A DNA stretch of 64,000 nucleotides from a virus (IMGVR_UViG_3300033555_000001:192001-256000); one strand, 5' to 3'. Shown: positions 53,241-62,466, counted from the first letter of the stretch. A program made the numbers and translations. Notes: generated by a model from the sequence alone, not told the origin.

Positions 53241-53806
53241 TGGACGTCGATATTGATATTGCGCCCAACTTTAATCGAGCACTGTTTCCATGGGTACGAG
53301 CCAGCGTAGTACGAGATGATATGCTAACACCTCACCCGTGCGGCATGTACCCCCAACGCATACCTCAAGATCCTGTAACTCGGCTGGCTGCTGTGCCGTA
53401 TGATGCGGCCGAGGATCTTGGTTATCTTAAAATTGATTTCTTGCACTTAAATGTTTACTCGCACTTTCAAACCCGAGCGGAAATAGACGAGCTCTTGGCG
53501 CTTGAGCCAGACTGGTCACTGCTCCAGCTGCCGTCTAATCACGAAAAACTATTTCAGCTCTCTAACCACGGTGAACTGCTGCAAAAACTAAAGCCAACCT
53601 CCTTACTTGATCTTGCAGACGTGCTTGCGCTAATCAGACCAGGAAAGAAACAGCTTGTAGCACTGTACCTCAAGGATAAATCAATGGCTCGCACACTGCT
53701 GTGGGCCAGAGACGACAGTGGGTACTCGTTTAAAAAATCGCACGCCCTGGGTTACGCGTATGTTATTTTGTTGCAGTTACACTTAATCGAGCAAAACAGG
53801 TTATAA
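53240..53806 (+). CDS. DNA polymerase III alpha-like, catalytic C-terminal fragment
   Basis: MDVDID; HPCGMY; GYLKIDFL; LFQL; LALIRPG; GYSFKKSHA.GY. Confidence 0.85.
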   Translation: MDVDIDIAPNFNRALFPWVRASVVRDDMLTPHPCGMYPQRIPQDPVTRLAAVPYDAAEDLGYLKIDFLHLNVYSHFQTRAEIDELLALEPDWSLLQLPSNHEKLFQLSNHGELLQKLKPTSLLDLADVLALIRPGKKQLVALYLKDKSMARTLLWARDDSGYSFKKSHALGYAYVILLQLHLIEQNRL

Positions 53807-53833
53807 TAACTCTTCAAACCTGTAGGAGCTGAT

Positions 53834-54925
53834 ATGTTTTATTCTCACAATCATACTGATGTGCTGCTGTCGATTGTTTATGGCAGCCGGCTGTACGGTA
53901 CTTCTACACCCGTCAGTGACGTTGATTTTAAGTCTATCACGCTGCCAGATTACGAAACACTCATTCTTGGTCAGCCCTTAAAAACTGAGCGCTATCGCTT
54001 TGATTCAGAAGGCCATCAAGTAAGTACAAATATCACGTCTCCTGAGGGTGGCTATGAGAGTGAGCACACTCCAGTGCATAAATTTGTGCAAGACTATTTG
54101 GGTGGCCAGGCGTACGCGGTTGAGTTTGTGCACGCTGTCTTGGGCGGCGCGCATGAACACAATATGGGTGCAGCTGGTACCGAAAGTTATCGACGTAGCC
54201 ATAGGTTCCTAGAATTTTGCCGCACTCTTGCATGTAAATTCCCGCACAAAAATCTGGCTGGCATGACTGGGTTTGCAATGAAGCAAACATTCGATTACGT
54301 GCATCGTGGTCGGAGATTGATCGCAGCAAGAGCAATTCGCACGGCGGTCCAGGATATTCTAAATGCTGTTGGCGCGGTGGTTGCACCAGTCTATTCAAGT
54401 CAACCACAACCAGTTATGCGCCTGAACAGCATGTTTGGTGCAGAGCAAATCATTGATGTGTTAGCAGCCAAAGTTAATCTTGAAATAGGCAGCACTGAAA
54501 CTAATAACACGGTGCTGCGCACACTGAAATTAAATGGTCGGCAATATACCGAAACAACTACAATCAGGGATTTTCTAAATGCGGTTGAAAAATTAATTGA
54601 TCAGTACGGAGAGCGGTCTACTGCCGCAGCTGAAGTTGATGTGGACTGGAAATCCTTGAGTCATGCAGTGCGTGTATATGAGCAGGTAATTGAGCTTGCA
54701 GAGACAGGGTTCATTACATTTCCGCGGCCAAATGCTGATTATTTGCTCAGCATAAAAGAGGGTGCGATTCCGGTAGAGCAAGTAAAAGATCTTTTAATCT
54801 ACCTGGAAGAAGCGTCTACAGCAGCGCTTGAAGCTTCTTCCCTGCCGGAAGTAACCCCAGCGCTGAGAAAAGAAGCCAGCTTAGTCTTGTTCGACTTTCT
54901 TGAACGCGAGTACCACGGCCGCTGA
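53834..54925 (+). CDS. Pol-beta-superfamily nucleotidyltransferase (T4 NrdC.11/RlaP-like)
   Basis: YGSRLYGT..PVSDVDFK; DWKSLSHAVR...FPRPNADYLLSIKEG. Confidence 0.8.
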   Translation: MFYSHNHTDVLLSIVYGSRLYGTSTPVSDVDFKSITLPDYETLILGQPLKTERYRFDSEGHQVSTNITSPEGGYESEHTPVHKFVQDYLGGQAYAVEFVHAVLGGAHEHNMGAAGTESYRRSHRFLEFCRTLACKFPHKNLAGMTGFAMKQTFDYVHRGRRLIAARAIRTAVQDILNAVGAVVAPVYSSQPQPVMRLNSMFGAEQIIDVLAAKVNLEIGSTETNNTVLRTLKLNGRQYTETTTIRDFLNAVEKLIDQYGERSTAAAEVDVDWKSLSHAVRVYEQVIELAETGFITFPRPNADYLLSIKEGAIPVEQVKDLLIYLEEASTAALEASSLPEVTPALRKEASLVLFDFLEREYHGR

Positions 54926-55348
54926 GCTCTTGGGTTTTACTTCAACACCTGCTGGAACACGTGAAGCCCGCCGTCTGCGCACACGGATTGGGGTGGTAAG
55001 GTCGTATTCAAACGATCGCCCAACCAACCGTGTCACGTACGCTAGGTCAAAAGTCTTATAAATTTTACGGACAGTATCTGTGAGACCCAGTCTTGAGAGT
55101 TCAAACGAGAGTGGGTACTCGTTATTTGATGTTTCCAGCCATTTCTCTGCGACTAAAATAAACGCGCTTAGATCAACACCCTCTTGCTGCGCATAATCCA
55201 GCACATAAGCCGTTATTGAATCCGCGCTGATGTTATCAACAATAACAAGATACTTATCCCGTCTGTGTTCTAGCATGCTGAGCAAATGCAAGTTCCCACG
55301 ATCCGACACGTGTTCGATAATCAGTGAGGGTATTTTTTTCTTACTCAT
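54881..55348 (-). CDS. Hypothetical late protein
   Basis: AAGGA RBS; TAAATA on minus strand at 55381-55386. Confidence 0.65.
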   Translation of the reverse strand: MSKKKIPSLIIEHVSDRGNLHLLSMLEHRRDKYLVIVDNISADSITAYVLDYAQQEGVDLSAFILVAEKWLETSNNEYPLSFELSRLGLTDTVRKIYKTFDLAYVTRLVGRSFEYDLTTPIRVRRRRASRVPAGVEVKPKSSAAVVLAFKKVEQD

Positions 55349-55400
55349 TCTATTCCTTGCAGCTTAGACGCTAGAATTGATATTTACTCGACCCGGCTGG

Positions 55401-55464
55401 CGTTACAAATTCAAAAACACCGTTACAATTTAACTTGTACACTTTCTCAGGATGAGTATATAAT
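55401..55464 (+). promoter_or_regulatory. Early promoter (CGTTAC boxes; TGTACA-17-TATAAT)
   Basis: Repeated at 56266-56320, 58031-58079, 58381-58425, 60031-60080. Confidence 0.8.
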
Positions 55465-55489
55465 TCATCTATCAGCTTAAGGAACTAAC

Positions 55490-55747
55490 ATGAACTTTGA
55501 AGACTACAAAAATAATCTGCCATATCCATCTGACAGCACACCTGAATCGTTCATGCATCGCGTGGCATATGATGCTGAGGATTCTAGAATCGTGGCCAAA
55601 TTTAAAGAAGATTTCTTTAACGAGCTTGACATTCAAAACAACCCTAAAAAAGAGCTCTTGTTTTTAACGTGCAATGACCGCGGGCACAGTGGCGGGTACC
55701 GCGGGATCATGAATTGCGGTTATGACTTTGTTGAGCTCATTAAGTAA
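55490..55747 (+). CDS. Hypothetical early protein
   Basis: AAGGA RBS downstream of early promoter. Confidence 0.65.
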   Translation: MNFEDYKNNLPYPSDSTPESFMHRVAYDAEDSRIVAKFKEDFFNELDIQNNPKKELLFLTCNDRGHSGGYRGIMNCGYDFVELIK

Positions 55748-55768
55748 TTTTACAAGATTGGAGATAAC

Positions 55769-56056
55769 GTGGATAATATCAAACGTGCACGCGTTGAGAA
55801 TGAAAACCAAATACCACACGCTCAACTAAACATTCCGAAGTTGAAACGTGTACTTGCTGACTGGATCAACGTAAATTCAGATACGATTGAAGTTGAAAAC
55901 AAAGGTGACGACGTATATGTTTTTGGCTCTGAACTTGCTACTCTTAGACTGCTTAAGGGTTTCCGGTCAGACCTTCGATGTGGGCAGGGGTTTGGCATGG
56001 CACGCGGTAAATTCTACTTTAAACTTGAGATAGAATTGGCATTAGAACTTTGCTGA
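55769..56056 (+). CDS. Hypothetical early protein
   Basis: GGAG RBS; FGSELATLRL. Confidence 0.6.
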   Translation: MDNIKRARVENENQIPHAQLNIPKLKRVLADWINVNSDTIEVENKGDDVYVFGSELATLRLLKGFRSDLRCGQGFGMARGKFYFKLEIELALELC

Positions 56057-56069
56057 TTTTGAGGATACT

Positions 56070-56261
56070 ATGAACATTTTTAACTTTGGGCATCCCGCAC
56101 AACACCTGGCTTTTTGGAATACCGAACAGTCAAAGATCGACGAGATGGCAGCCAAGTACGACGCCTTGGTTGGCGCAGATCCTGTCAAAAAGCGGCTATT
56201 AGATGACTTGCTTTTCTGGGCTCGTGCTGAAGCAATTAACGATGAACTGTATTCTGATTAA
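56070..56261 (+). CDS. Hypothetical early protein
   Basis: GAGG RBS. Confidence 0.6.
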   Translation: MNIFNFGHPAQHLAFWNTEQSKIDEMAAKYDALVGADPVKKRLLDDLLFWARAEAINDELYSD

Positions 56262-56265
56262 GCAG

Positions 56266-56320
56266 CCGTTACACTCTGTTACAATTTAAAATGTACATTT
56301 TCTCAGGTTCAGCATATAAT
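56266..56320 (+). promoter_or_regulatory. Early promoter
   Basis: CCGTTAC...TGTACA(56292)-17-TATAAT(56315). Confidence 0.8.
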
Positions 56321-56351
56321 TACTCATCGACTACAGAATTGGAGAAATAAA

Positions 56352-56729
56352 ATGCTGACTAAATCAACAGTTCAAGAAATTCAAGCAGATCTTTCCGCAG
56401 CCCTGAAAGCAGTCGCAGAGAAACATAACTTGTCGATGAGCGGTACAAAAATTTCTTACACCAGCACGGACTTTAAGTTAACATGCAGCTTTGGCGACAA
56501 GACCGCCACGGGCGGAGTTGAGGTTGATCCGGTTTTATTTCGTAATTTGCAGCGCAACGGTTTTATGCACGGCCTTGATACTACCATGATTAACCGCGAA
56601 ATCAGTACTCCACAGGGTGTTGGCACAATGCAAGGCTTGCGCGGCGCAAAAGCAGTAATTAAGATCAAGAGCACCGGCAAGTCTTATTTGTTCCCAGCTG
56701 CTTGGGTAGCACGTGAGATGAACAAGTAA
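56352..56729 (+). CDS. Hypothetical early protein
   Basis: GGAG RBS. Confidence 0.65.
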   Translation: MLTKSTVQEIQADLSAALKAVAEKHNLSMSGTKISYTSTDFKLTCSFGDKTATGGVEVDPVLFRNLQRNGFMHGLDTTMINREISTPQGVGTMQGLRGAKAVIKIKSTGKSYLFPAAWVAREMNK

Positions 56730-56774
56730 ATTTATATCTTATAATCTGCACAACATTTTAATAAGGATTTTAAA

Positions 56775-57365
56775 ATGACTGACGCGACCGTGAAGCTGTT
56801 AACTCCAGCTCTTATTAAAAAAGTAGAGGCCAAGGTAGAGAGTGTGCTTGAGCTGGCTCGCAAAGAATATCCAACGCACACGTTTGAAATGCCGGAAATC
56901 AGGTACGACGTGAAGAACACAGATGGTGGTCTGGCTTATGGCAAGAAGTGGCTAATCAGGCTTAATCTGATCCTGTGTTATGAGAATGAGGAGCACTTCA
57001 TTAACAGCACTGTGCCACACGAGGTCGCGCACCTGGTGGCACGCCGTGTGCACGGCTTCTTCCGTAAGAATCCAGACGGCACAGATCTTACTTGCCAAAA
57101 AACAGGTAAGCTTAAAAAAGTTCGATCACATGGCCCTGAATGGGCAGAGGTTATGAAGCTGTTTAGCTTAGAGCCAGCCCGCTGCCACAGCTATGATGTC
57201 TCATCAATTCAGAAACCGGCTAGAAGCAAGCGCGGTGCCGTTGTTCAGGCAAATGATTTAGGGTTGATGCTGCGCAGATTGCAGAACGGTATCAAGCGCT
57301 TACCAGAAGTCGCCAAAGAAGATTTCCAAGGCTGGCTTGCAGAACATATTGCAACCAATCAGTAA
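56775..57365 (+). CDS. SprT-like zinc metalloprotease
   Basis: GGLA...IRLN...VPHEVAH...HGPEW..VM...RCHSYDV. Confidence 0.85.
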   Translation: MTDATVKLLTPALIKKVEAKVESVLELARKEYPTHTFEMPEIRYDVKNTDGGLAYGKKWLIRLNLILCYENEEHFINSTVPHEVAHLVARRVHGFFRKNPDGTDLTCQKTGKLKKVRSHGPEWAEVMKLFSLEPARCHSYDVSSIQKPARSKRGAVVQANDLGLMLRRLQNGIKRLPEVAKEDFQGWLAEHIATNQ

Positions 57366-57382
57366 CTAAAACAGGAGAACAT

Positions 57383-57571
57383 GTGATGGGTGGAATTGGA
57401 GCAGTAGTTTGGATACTAGTTGGAGCTGTACAAATTGCACCATCGTCGGGATCTGTTGCACCAAGCGCACTGACATTTCTATCGCGCTCGGACTGTGAGG
57501 TGGTGCTGCGAGCAACAGTTGATGTAGCACAATATTCTAAATTAAAGTGCGTTGAGACACGCACACGATAG
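57383..57571 (+). CDS. Small membrane/secreted protein
   Basis: Hydrophobic N-terminus; two Cys. Confidence 0.5.
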   Translation: MMGGIGAVVWILVGAVQIAPSSGSVAPSALTFLSRSDCEVVLRATVDVAQYSKLKCVETRTR

Positions 57572-57599
57572 CAGCATAGTATATAACCTGGAGATTGTA

Positions 57600-58034
57600 A
57601 TGATTAAGACAGTTATTGCTCTACTGATTTTGTCTGGCTCGGTGCTTGGCAACATCTCTCACGCGGCTCCTGCCACCCCTGTTGCGCCAACTGTAGAGTT
57701 ACTTGGTAGTGAAAAGGTAAATGCTAATCTACAAAATCAAACGCTTAAGTGCACCAGCGTGATTGTGCAAAAGCTGATCACGGTTACCAAACAACCCGTG
57801 CTAAACATTGAAGTAACTATTACTGGATTCTCTGACGTGCGAGAGTTTACAATCAGCGAAACAAAATTCACGCTTGACGGCTATCCTTCTTCAAGCGTCT
57901 GTGCCGCAACAGTTGAAGGTCCACAGCAGGCGCTCATTCAGCTGCAAGATGGTGCACACACGTGGACTGAAAAAGGTGGTTGGGTTTTCAAGCGTCAGGC
58001 ACTACAGCGCCAGCGATCTAAACTTCAGATGTAA
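57600..58034 (+). CDS. Secreted protein with signal peptide
   Basis: MIKTVIALLILSGSVLGNISHA signal-like; GGAG RBS. Confidence 0.55.
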   Translation: MIKTVIALLILSGSVLGNISHAAPATPVAPTVELLGSEKVNANLQNQTLKCTSVIVQKLITVTKQPVLNIEVTITGFSDVREFTISETKFTLDGYPSSSVCAATVEGPQQALIQLQDGAHTWTEKGGWVFKRQALQRQRSKLQM

Positions 58035-58079
58035 CCGTTACGCTTTAACTTGTACACTTTTCAGGATGAGTATATAATT
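58031..58079 (+). promoter_or_regulatory. Early promoter
   Basis: GTAACCGTTAC...TGTACA(58051)-17-TATAAT(58074). Confidence 0.8.
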
Positions 58080-58104
58080 CATCTATCGACTCTAGGAGAA
58101 TAAC

Positions 58105-58380
58105 ATGACTTCAAAGCAAATCAAATTGCAGCTCGAGGCACTCGAGAACAATCATGCTATTATGCAAGATTTACTAGAGCAAATAGAAGCATTAAAGAGT
58201 CGTGTCCCAACCGCGGCACAACAGCTTAAAAATGCTGAAGATGCCAGAGACGCAAAACGCTATCGGATGATCAGAACTGACCGCCCGCAACACTACGCAG
58301 CCGTGCTAACAGATCGAGGCTACAAACAAATGAGCGGAAAGGCGCTAGACGAGGAAGTTGATAAAATGGTAATTTATTAA
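58105..58380 (+). CDS. Hypothetical early protein
   Basis: AGGAG RBS. Confidence 0.6.
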   Translation: MTSKQIKLQLEALENNHAIMQDLLEQIEALKSRVPTAAQQLKNAEDARDAKRYRMIRTDRPQHYAAVLTDRGYKQMSGKALDEEVDKMVIY

Positions 58381-58425
58381 CCGTTACACTCTTTTCTGCA
58401 CTTTTTCAGGATTACAGGATATAAT
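58381..58425 (+). promoter_or_regulatory. Early promoter (variant)
   Basis: CCGTTAC...TGCACTTTTTCAGGA...TATAAT. Confidence 0.7.
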
Positions 58426-58462
58426 TATCTTGTTGATCCTGACACCGCTAAGAAAGGTTAAA

Positions 58463-58663
58463 ATGAACAAGCCCATAGTTTCTTATACTGGAAGTCTAGG
58501 AAGTTACGCACGAGTGCGGCAGCTTGCCTCGGCACCAATTCCATTGTGGGCACAGGATATTCGCCGCGAAGATCCAACGCTAGAAGAAATGCAGCTTGTT
58601 AAAAACCAAGAAGCCGCGGACCTGGCGCTCCGCTCGTCATTTGATTTGAGTGCTTACGTTTAA
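58463..58663 (+). CDS. Hypothetical early protein
   Basis: AAGG RBS. Confidence 0.55.
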   Translation: MNKPIVSYTGSLGSYARVRQLASAPIPLWAQDIRREDPTLEEMQLVKNQEAADLALRSSFDLSAYV

Positions 58664-58670
58664 GGCTAAT

Positions 58671-58919
58671 ATGAAATTCCATAACATTATGTGGATGGGT
58701 TGCCTCTACGCTGGTTATAAAATGTTCGCCGAGGGCTCGGATGGAGAGTGGCTCTTGTGCATGGGATTATTTTTCCTGTTTATGGTTATTGGCATGTTTG
58801 CTAACATGTCGTACGATGACAAAATGAATAAAGACAATCCTGACTGGATTACTTGGCCTCGTGCGCTTGGGATTTACTTTTTATTCAGAATTGTTCTCTG
58901 GCCCTTTACTCGCAAGTAA
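58671..58919 (+). CDS. Small membrane protein
   Basis: Three hydrophobic stretches. Confidence 0.5.
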   Translation: MKFHNIMWMGCLYAGYKMFAEGSDGEWLLCMGLFFLFMVIGMFANMSYDDKMNKDNPDWITWPRALGIYFLFRIVLWPFTRK

Positions 58920-58937
58920 CCGTTAAGAGAAAATAAA

Positions 58938-59282
58938 ATGATGAACCCAAAAATTAAAGCTCTGTGGGTAGCCGCACTCAGGAGCGGTGATTACAAGCAG
59001 GCTACTCAAGAACTTCGCCGTGGAAATGCGTTCTGTTGTCTAGGAGTGCTGTGTAATTTGCACGCCATTGCTCATCCGAAAATCGCTATATTAGAAACAA
59101 GCCGGGCACAATATCTCGGTAATAACAGTATATTACACGACTCAGTTATGGCCTGGGCTGGCTTGACCTGGGATATAGGTGATGAGGTAATCATTGATGG
59201 TTCATCTAGAGCATTAGCTGGACATAATGATATTGGTAAAACCTTCAAGCAAATTGCAGCCGCAATTGAGGAACAACTATGA
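58938..59282 (+). CDS. Tandem paralogue 1 (WVAALRS..YKQ...FCCLGVLC family)
   Basis: Same motifs as the next two ORFs. Confidence 0.75.
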   Translation: MMNPKIKALWVAALRSGDYKQATQELRRGNAFCCLGVLCNLHAIAHPKIAILETSRAQYLGNNSILHDSVMAWAGLTWDIGDEVIIDGSSRALAGHNDIGKTFKQIAAAIEEQL

Positions 59283-59620
59283 ACCCAGAAATTAAAGCTC
59301 AGTGGGTTGCCGCTCTTCGCAGTAAAGACTATAAGCAGACTACTCAGCAACTGCGCCGTGGAAATAAATTCTGCTGTTTAGGCGTGCTGTGTAACTTGCA
59401 CGCTATCGCTCATCCAGAAATTGCGGCAAAAGAAACTGACCCAAGATCGTACTTTCACAGTGATGACGTACTGCCAAAACAAGTTATGAAGTGGGCCGGT
59501 TTAAAGTTTGCATATGGCGGCGCAGTAACGATCAACGGTGAAGTTGACACACTTGACTCTCACAACGACAATGGTGTGTCCTTTAACGTGATAGCAACAG
59601 CAATTGAGGAACAGCTGTGA
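59279..59620 (+). CDS. Tandem paralogue 2
   Basis: MNPEIKAQWVAALRS...HNDN...AIEEQL. Confidence 0.75.
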   Translation: MNPEIKAQWVAALRSKDYKQTTQQLRRGNKFCCLGVLCNLHAIAHPEIAAKETDPRSYFHSDDVLPKQVMKWAGLKFAYGGAVTINGEVDTLDSHNDNGVSFNVIATAIEEQL

Positions 59621-59958
59621 ATCCAGAAATTAAAGCGAAGTGGGTTGCTGCCCTTAGAAGCGGTGATTACAAGCAAGGTCATTTTCAGCTGCGAAAGAAC
59701 AATGAGTTTTGTTGCCTAGGAGTGCTGTGTAACTTGCACGCCATTGCTCATCCAGAAATTGCGGCAAAAGAAACTGACCCAAGGAGTTATATGGGGTGTG
59801 ATGGCTTTTTGCCAGCAGCGGTAACAAAGTGGGCAGGACGTGACACAGGCAGCGAAAAAATCACCATTGACGGCCACGAGGCACAGCTGGTAACTCACAA
59901 CGATACCTTTAAACACACGTTTGATCAAATTGCTGATGCAATTGAGGAACAGCTTTAA
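59617..59958 (+). CDS. Tandem paralogue 3
   Basis: MNPEIKAKWVAALRS...HNDT...AIEEQL. Confidence 0.75.
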   Translation: MNPEIKAKWVAALRSGDYKQGHFQLRKNNEFCCLGVLCNLHAIAHPEIAAKETDPRSYMGCDGFLPAAVTKWAGRDTGSEKITIDGHEAQLVTHNDTFKHTFDQIADAIEEQL

Positions 59959-60030
59959 TGGGCATACCTCTTGTAAAGTTTGCTCTTGAAGCTGAGCAAA
60001 TCAGCGTACTTAAGGCATAACTTTAGTCCG

Positions 60031-60080
60031 CCGTTAAATTGTAACGGTGGTGTACATTCCCGGCAGGGGTGTGATAAAAT
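60031..60080 (+). promoter_or_regulatory. Promoter of ligase gene with inverted upstream box
   Basis: CCGTTAAATTGTAACGG, TGTACA(60051), TGA-TAAAAT. Confidence 0.6.
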
Positions 60081-60108
60081 GTCTCTATTGAATTAACGAA
60101 AGAGAAAC

Positions 60109-61473
60109 ATGACCGCAGCCTTTGTTCGAGTTCTAAAAGAATGTGAATCTGCGGGAGGGGCCGGCTCCAAGGATGTTATTAAGCAATCTTTGATAACACT
60201 TGATGAAGATGGTCGTAAACTCTTTGAATATGCGATGGATCCTTTCCTGGTATTTGGTGTCAAGAAATTTGACGAGCCCCAGCACTTTGCGGACACAGAC
60301 GCCTGCACAGACCGGTTCTTAGAATTACTAGACTTGCTTGCGGCTCGCAAAATTACCGGCAACGCGGCCAGAGAGTGGGTAACCAACATTCTTTCGCAGT
60401 ACACAGAAGACACAGCAAAATATCTCTCTAGAGTTATTGACAAAGACCTGCAAGCTGGATTCTCGCTGGAAACTTTTAATAAAATTGCCGCAAAAGAAGG
60501 TTGGTCGCTTATTCGCGATTTTACCGTGCAACTCGCGGACAAGTGCGCCGATGCTGATGAGTTCGAGCGCTACATTACTTTTCCATGTCAAGCAGATGTA
60601 AAATATGATGGTGAGAGAAATATTGCCTTTCAGCTCCTGGAAGAATCTAACTTTGCACCGGCTGGTTCCTCATATCGTTCACGCTCTGGTAAAATTGCCG
60701 CGCACATGAATGGTTTGTTTGATGAAGAGCTTGCACGAATCAGGGAATACCTGGGCTATGATTTTGTCCTTGATGGTGAGCGTATGGCAAAGGACTATAT
60801 TGAAACCATTAACGCTAAAAAGTCCGGTGCTGAAGGAGAAGCTGGAAAAGCCAACATGCGATTCCGTGCATTCTTCCTAATGCCACTTGCCGATTGGATT
60901 GCGCAGAAAACTGAAATCACAACCCGCCAAAATCGAGAAGCACTGCAAGAAATTCTGGCCGCGTGTAAATGCGAAAAGATTATTTTATCAGAGGGCCGGG
61001 AAGTTACAGACTATGCTGATATGATTGCGCACTGCGATGAAGTCACGGCGCCTGGATTTGATAATCAACCTAAAGGACACGAGGGTTTGATCTTGAAAGA
61101 CTGGAATAGCACGTACGAGTGGGATCGCTCGCATGCCTGGACAAAAGTTAAAAAGTTTTACGACGCAGACGCTCGCATCTTAAGCTGGGAGCTTGGTAAA
61201 AAGCGTAACGCTGCACGCATGGGCCGGGTAAACGTGGGTGGCTGGCTGGAAGATGGCACGTATTTTGAGTGCGGCGTTGGCAGTGGTTGGGGTGATAAAG
61301 ATCGTGATGATTGCGCCGCTAACTTTGACGAGAAGTGGTTAGGCAAGACGGTTGTTGTAAAGTATCAAGAGGTTTCTAAGGGCAAAAATAAAGATCATGC
61401 CTCGCTGCGCTTTCCAACTGTTGATCAGGCTAAGTTGTTCCGTGACGACAAAATTGTTCCACTGAAAGATTAA
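60109..61473 (+). CDS. ATP-dependent DNA ligase
   Basis: DVKYDGER; VLDGE; EGLILK; WTKVKK; SLRFP. Confidence 0.92.
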   Translation: MTAAFVRVLKECESAGGAGSKDVIKQSLITLDEDGRKLFEYAMDPFLVFGVKKFDEPQHFADTDACTDRFLELLDLLAARKITGNAAREWVTNILSQYTEDTAKYLSRVIDKDLQAGFSLETFNKIAAKEGWSLIRDFTVQLADKCADADEFERYITFPCQADVKYDGERNIAFQLLEESNFAPAGSSYRSRSGKIAAHMNGLFDEELARIREYLGYDFVLDGERMAKDYIETINAKKSGAEGEAGKANMRFRAFFLMPLADWIAQKTEITTRQNREALQEILAACKCEKIILSEGREVTDYADMIAHCDEVTAPGFDNQPKGHEGLILKDWNSTYEWDRSHAWTKVKKFYDADARILSWELGKKRNAARMGRVNVGGWLEDGTYFECGVGSGWGDKDRDDCAANFDEKWLGKTVVVKYQEVSKGKNKDHASLRFPTVDQAKLFRDDKIVPLKD

Positions 61474-61475
61474 CC

Positions 61476-61976
61476 GTGAATCTGTTCAAGCTCTATGCTA
61501 ATCCTGAAGAGCTTGACAGTTATGAAGAGGCGCATGAGCTTGTCCCACTTTTAATGTGGGAAAAATACTGGCACAATCCAGCCGAACTAAAAAAGAGAGA
61601 ACACGTAATCACAAAAGATGCAAATGTGTCTTATATGTACGCGCGGTTCATTATAGGCGAAAGATTTGAAGCTGCTGAAGCCATGATTGCAACGTGCGCG
61701 GCCTCGGCTTATGAATATGCTTTCTTTGTTTTAGAGTCAAGATTTGAAGCAGGTGAAGCTGCAATTGCTACCTCAACTAGCTATGCTTATGGATATGCAA
61801 AATACGTTTTAAAAGCAAGATTTGAAGCCGGTGAAGCCGCAATTGCAAAGCATTGCCCAACCTCTTATTGTTATGCAACTAAGATTATTAAAACTCGTTT
61901 CCCCGCTGGTGAAGTCGTAATCGCTAAAGATCAGCGGTTGTCGCAAAAGTATAATGATTTTATTGCACAGTTATAA
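61476..61976 (+). CDS. 26-aa tandem-repeat helical protein
   Basis: Four RF(E/P)AxE..IA...Y.YA..V(L/I) units. Confidence 0.75.
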   Translation: MNLFKLYANPEELDSYEEAHELVPLLMWEKYWHNPAELKKREHVITKDANVSYMYARFIIGERFEAAEAMIATCAASAYEYAFFVLESRFEAGEAAIATSTSYAYGYAKYVLKARFEAGEAAIAKHCPTSYCYATKIIKTRFPAGEVVIAKDQRLSQKYNDFIAQL

Positions 61977-61977
61977 T

Positions 61978-62466
61978 ATGAAAGATAGACAAATGAAAAA
62001 CAAATCGCCGTGGATCTCTACGGCAGACAGGCTGCCCGAAATTAATACACCCGTGCTCTTTGTGCACTCTGGCACAATATACGATGGTGTAGTCTGGTGG
62101 TATAAAGATAAGAATATAGTGAGTTATGTTTTTGCTGTGGGCACAGCTCAAGGTGGTGACCAACTCTTTCAAGCAGCAGAGGTCCAGCACTGGATGCCAC
62201 GCCCAGTAATTCCAGTTCAAACTGAACGCTTGCTGCACAGCGAAATGATTGTCAGTACACCTCATTTATCAAAAATACTCAAGCTGTTTAAGAAAAAGAA
62301 TCATCAGTCTGCAGGGTACTCTTTTGAGTTCGAAGACTGTGGCACAATTAAAGAGGCCTGCAAAGCAAGGCCGGACTTAGTGCCTGATGGATATGAAGAT
62401 CAGCATGAACTAAACGTTAGCGGTGGTGTGCTCCAGGTGTACCGTGACTGTCTGATTAAACCCTAA
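61978..62466 (+). CDS. DUF551-like domain protein
   Basis: WISTADRLPE..PVL...VQHWMPRP. Confidence 0.65.
   Translation: MKDRQMKNKSPWISTADRLPEINTPVLFVHSGTIYDGVVWWYKDKNIVSYVFAVGTAQGGDQLFQAAEVQHWMPRPVIPVQTERLLHSEMIVSTPHLSKILKLFKKKNHQSAGYSFEFEDCGTIKEACKARPDLVPDGYEDQHELNVSGGVLQVYRDCLIKP

Noticed and set aside
46869-53806. Split-intein trans-splicing of DnaE, or a frameshift/assembly break
   Set aside because: No intein N- or C-terminal motifs; halves are separated by eight or more intact genes and each is translationally coupled to its upstream gene
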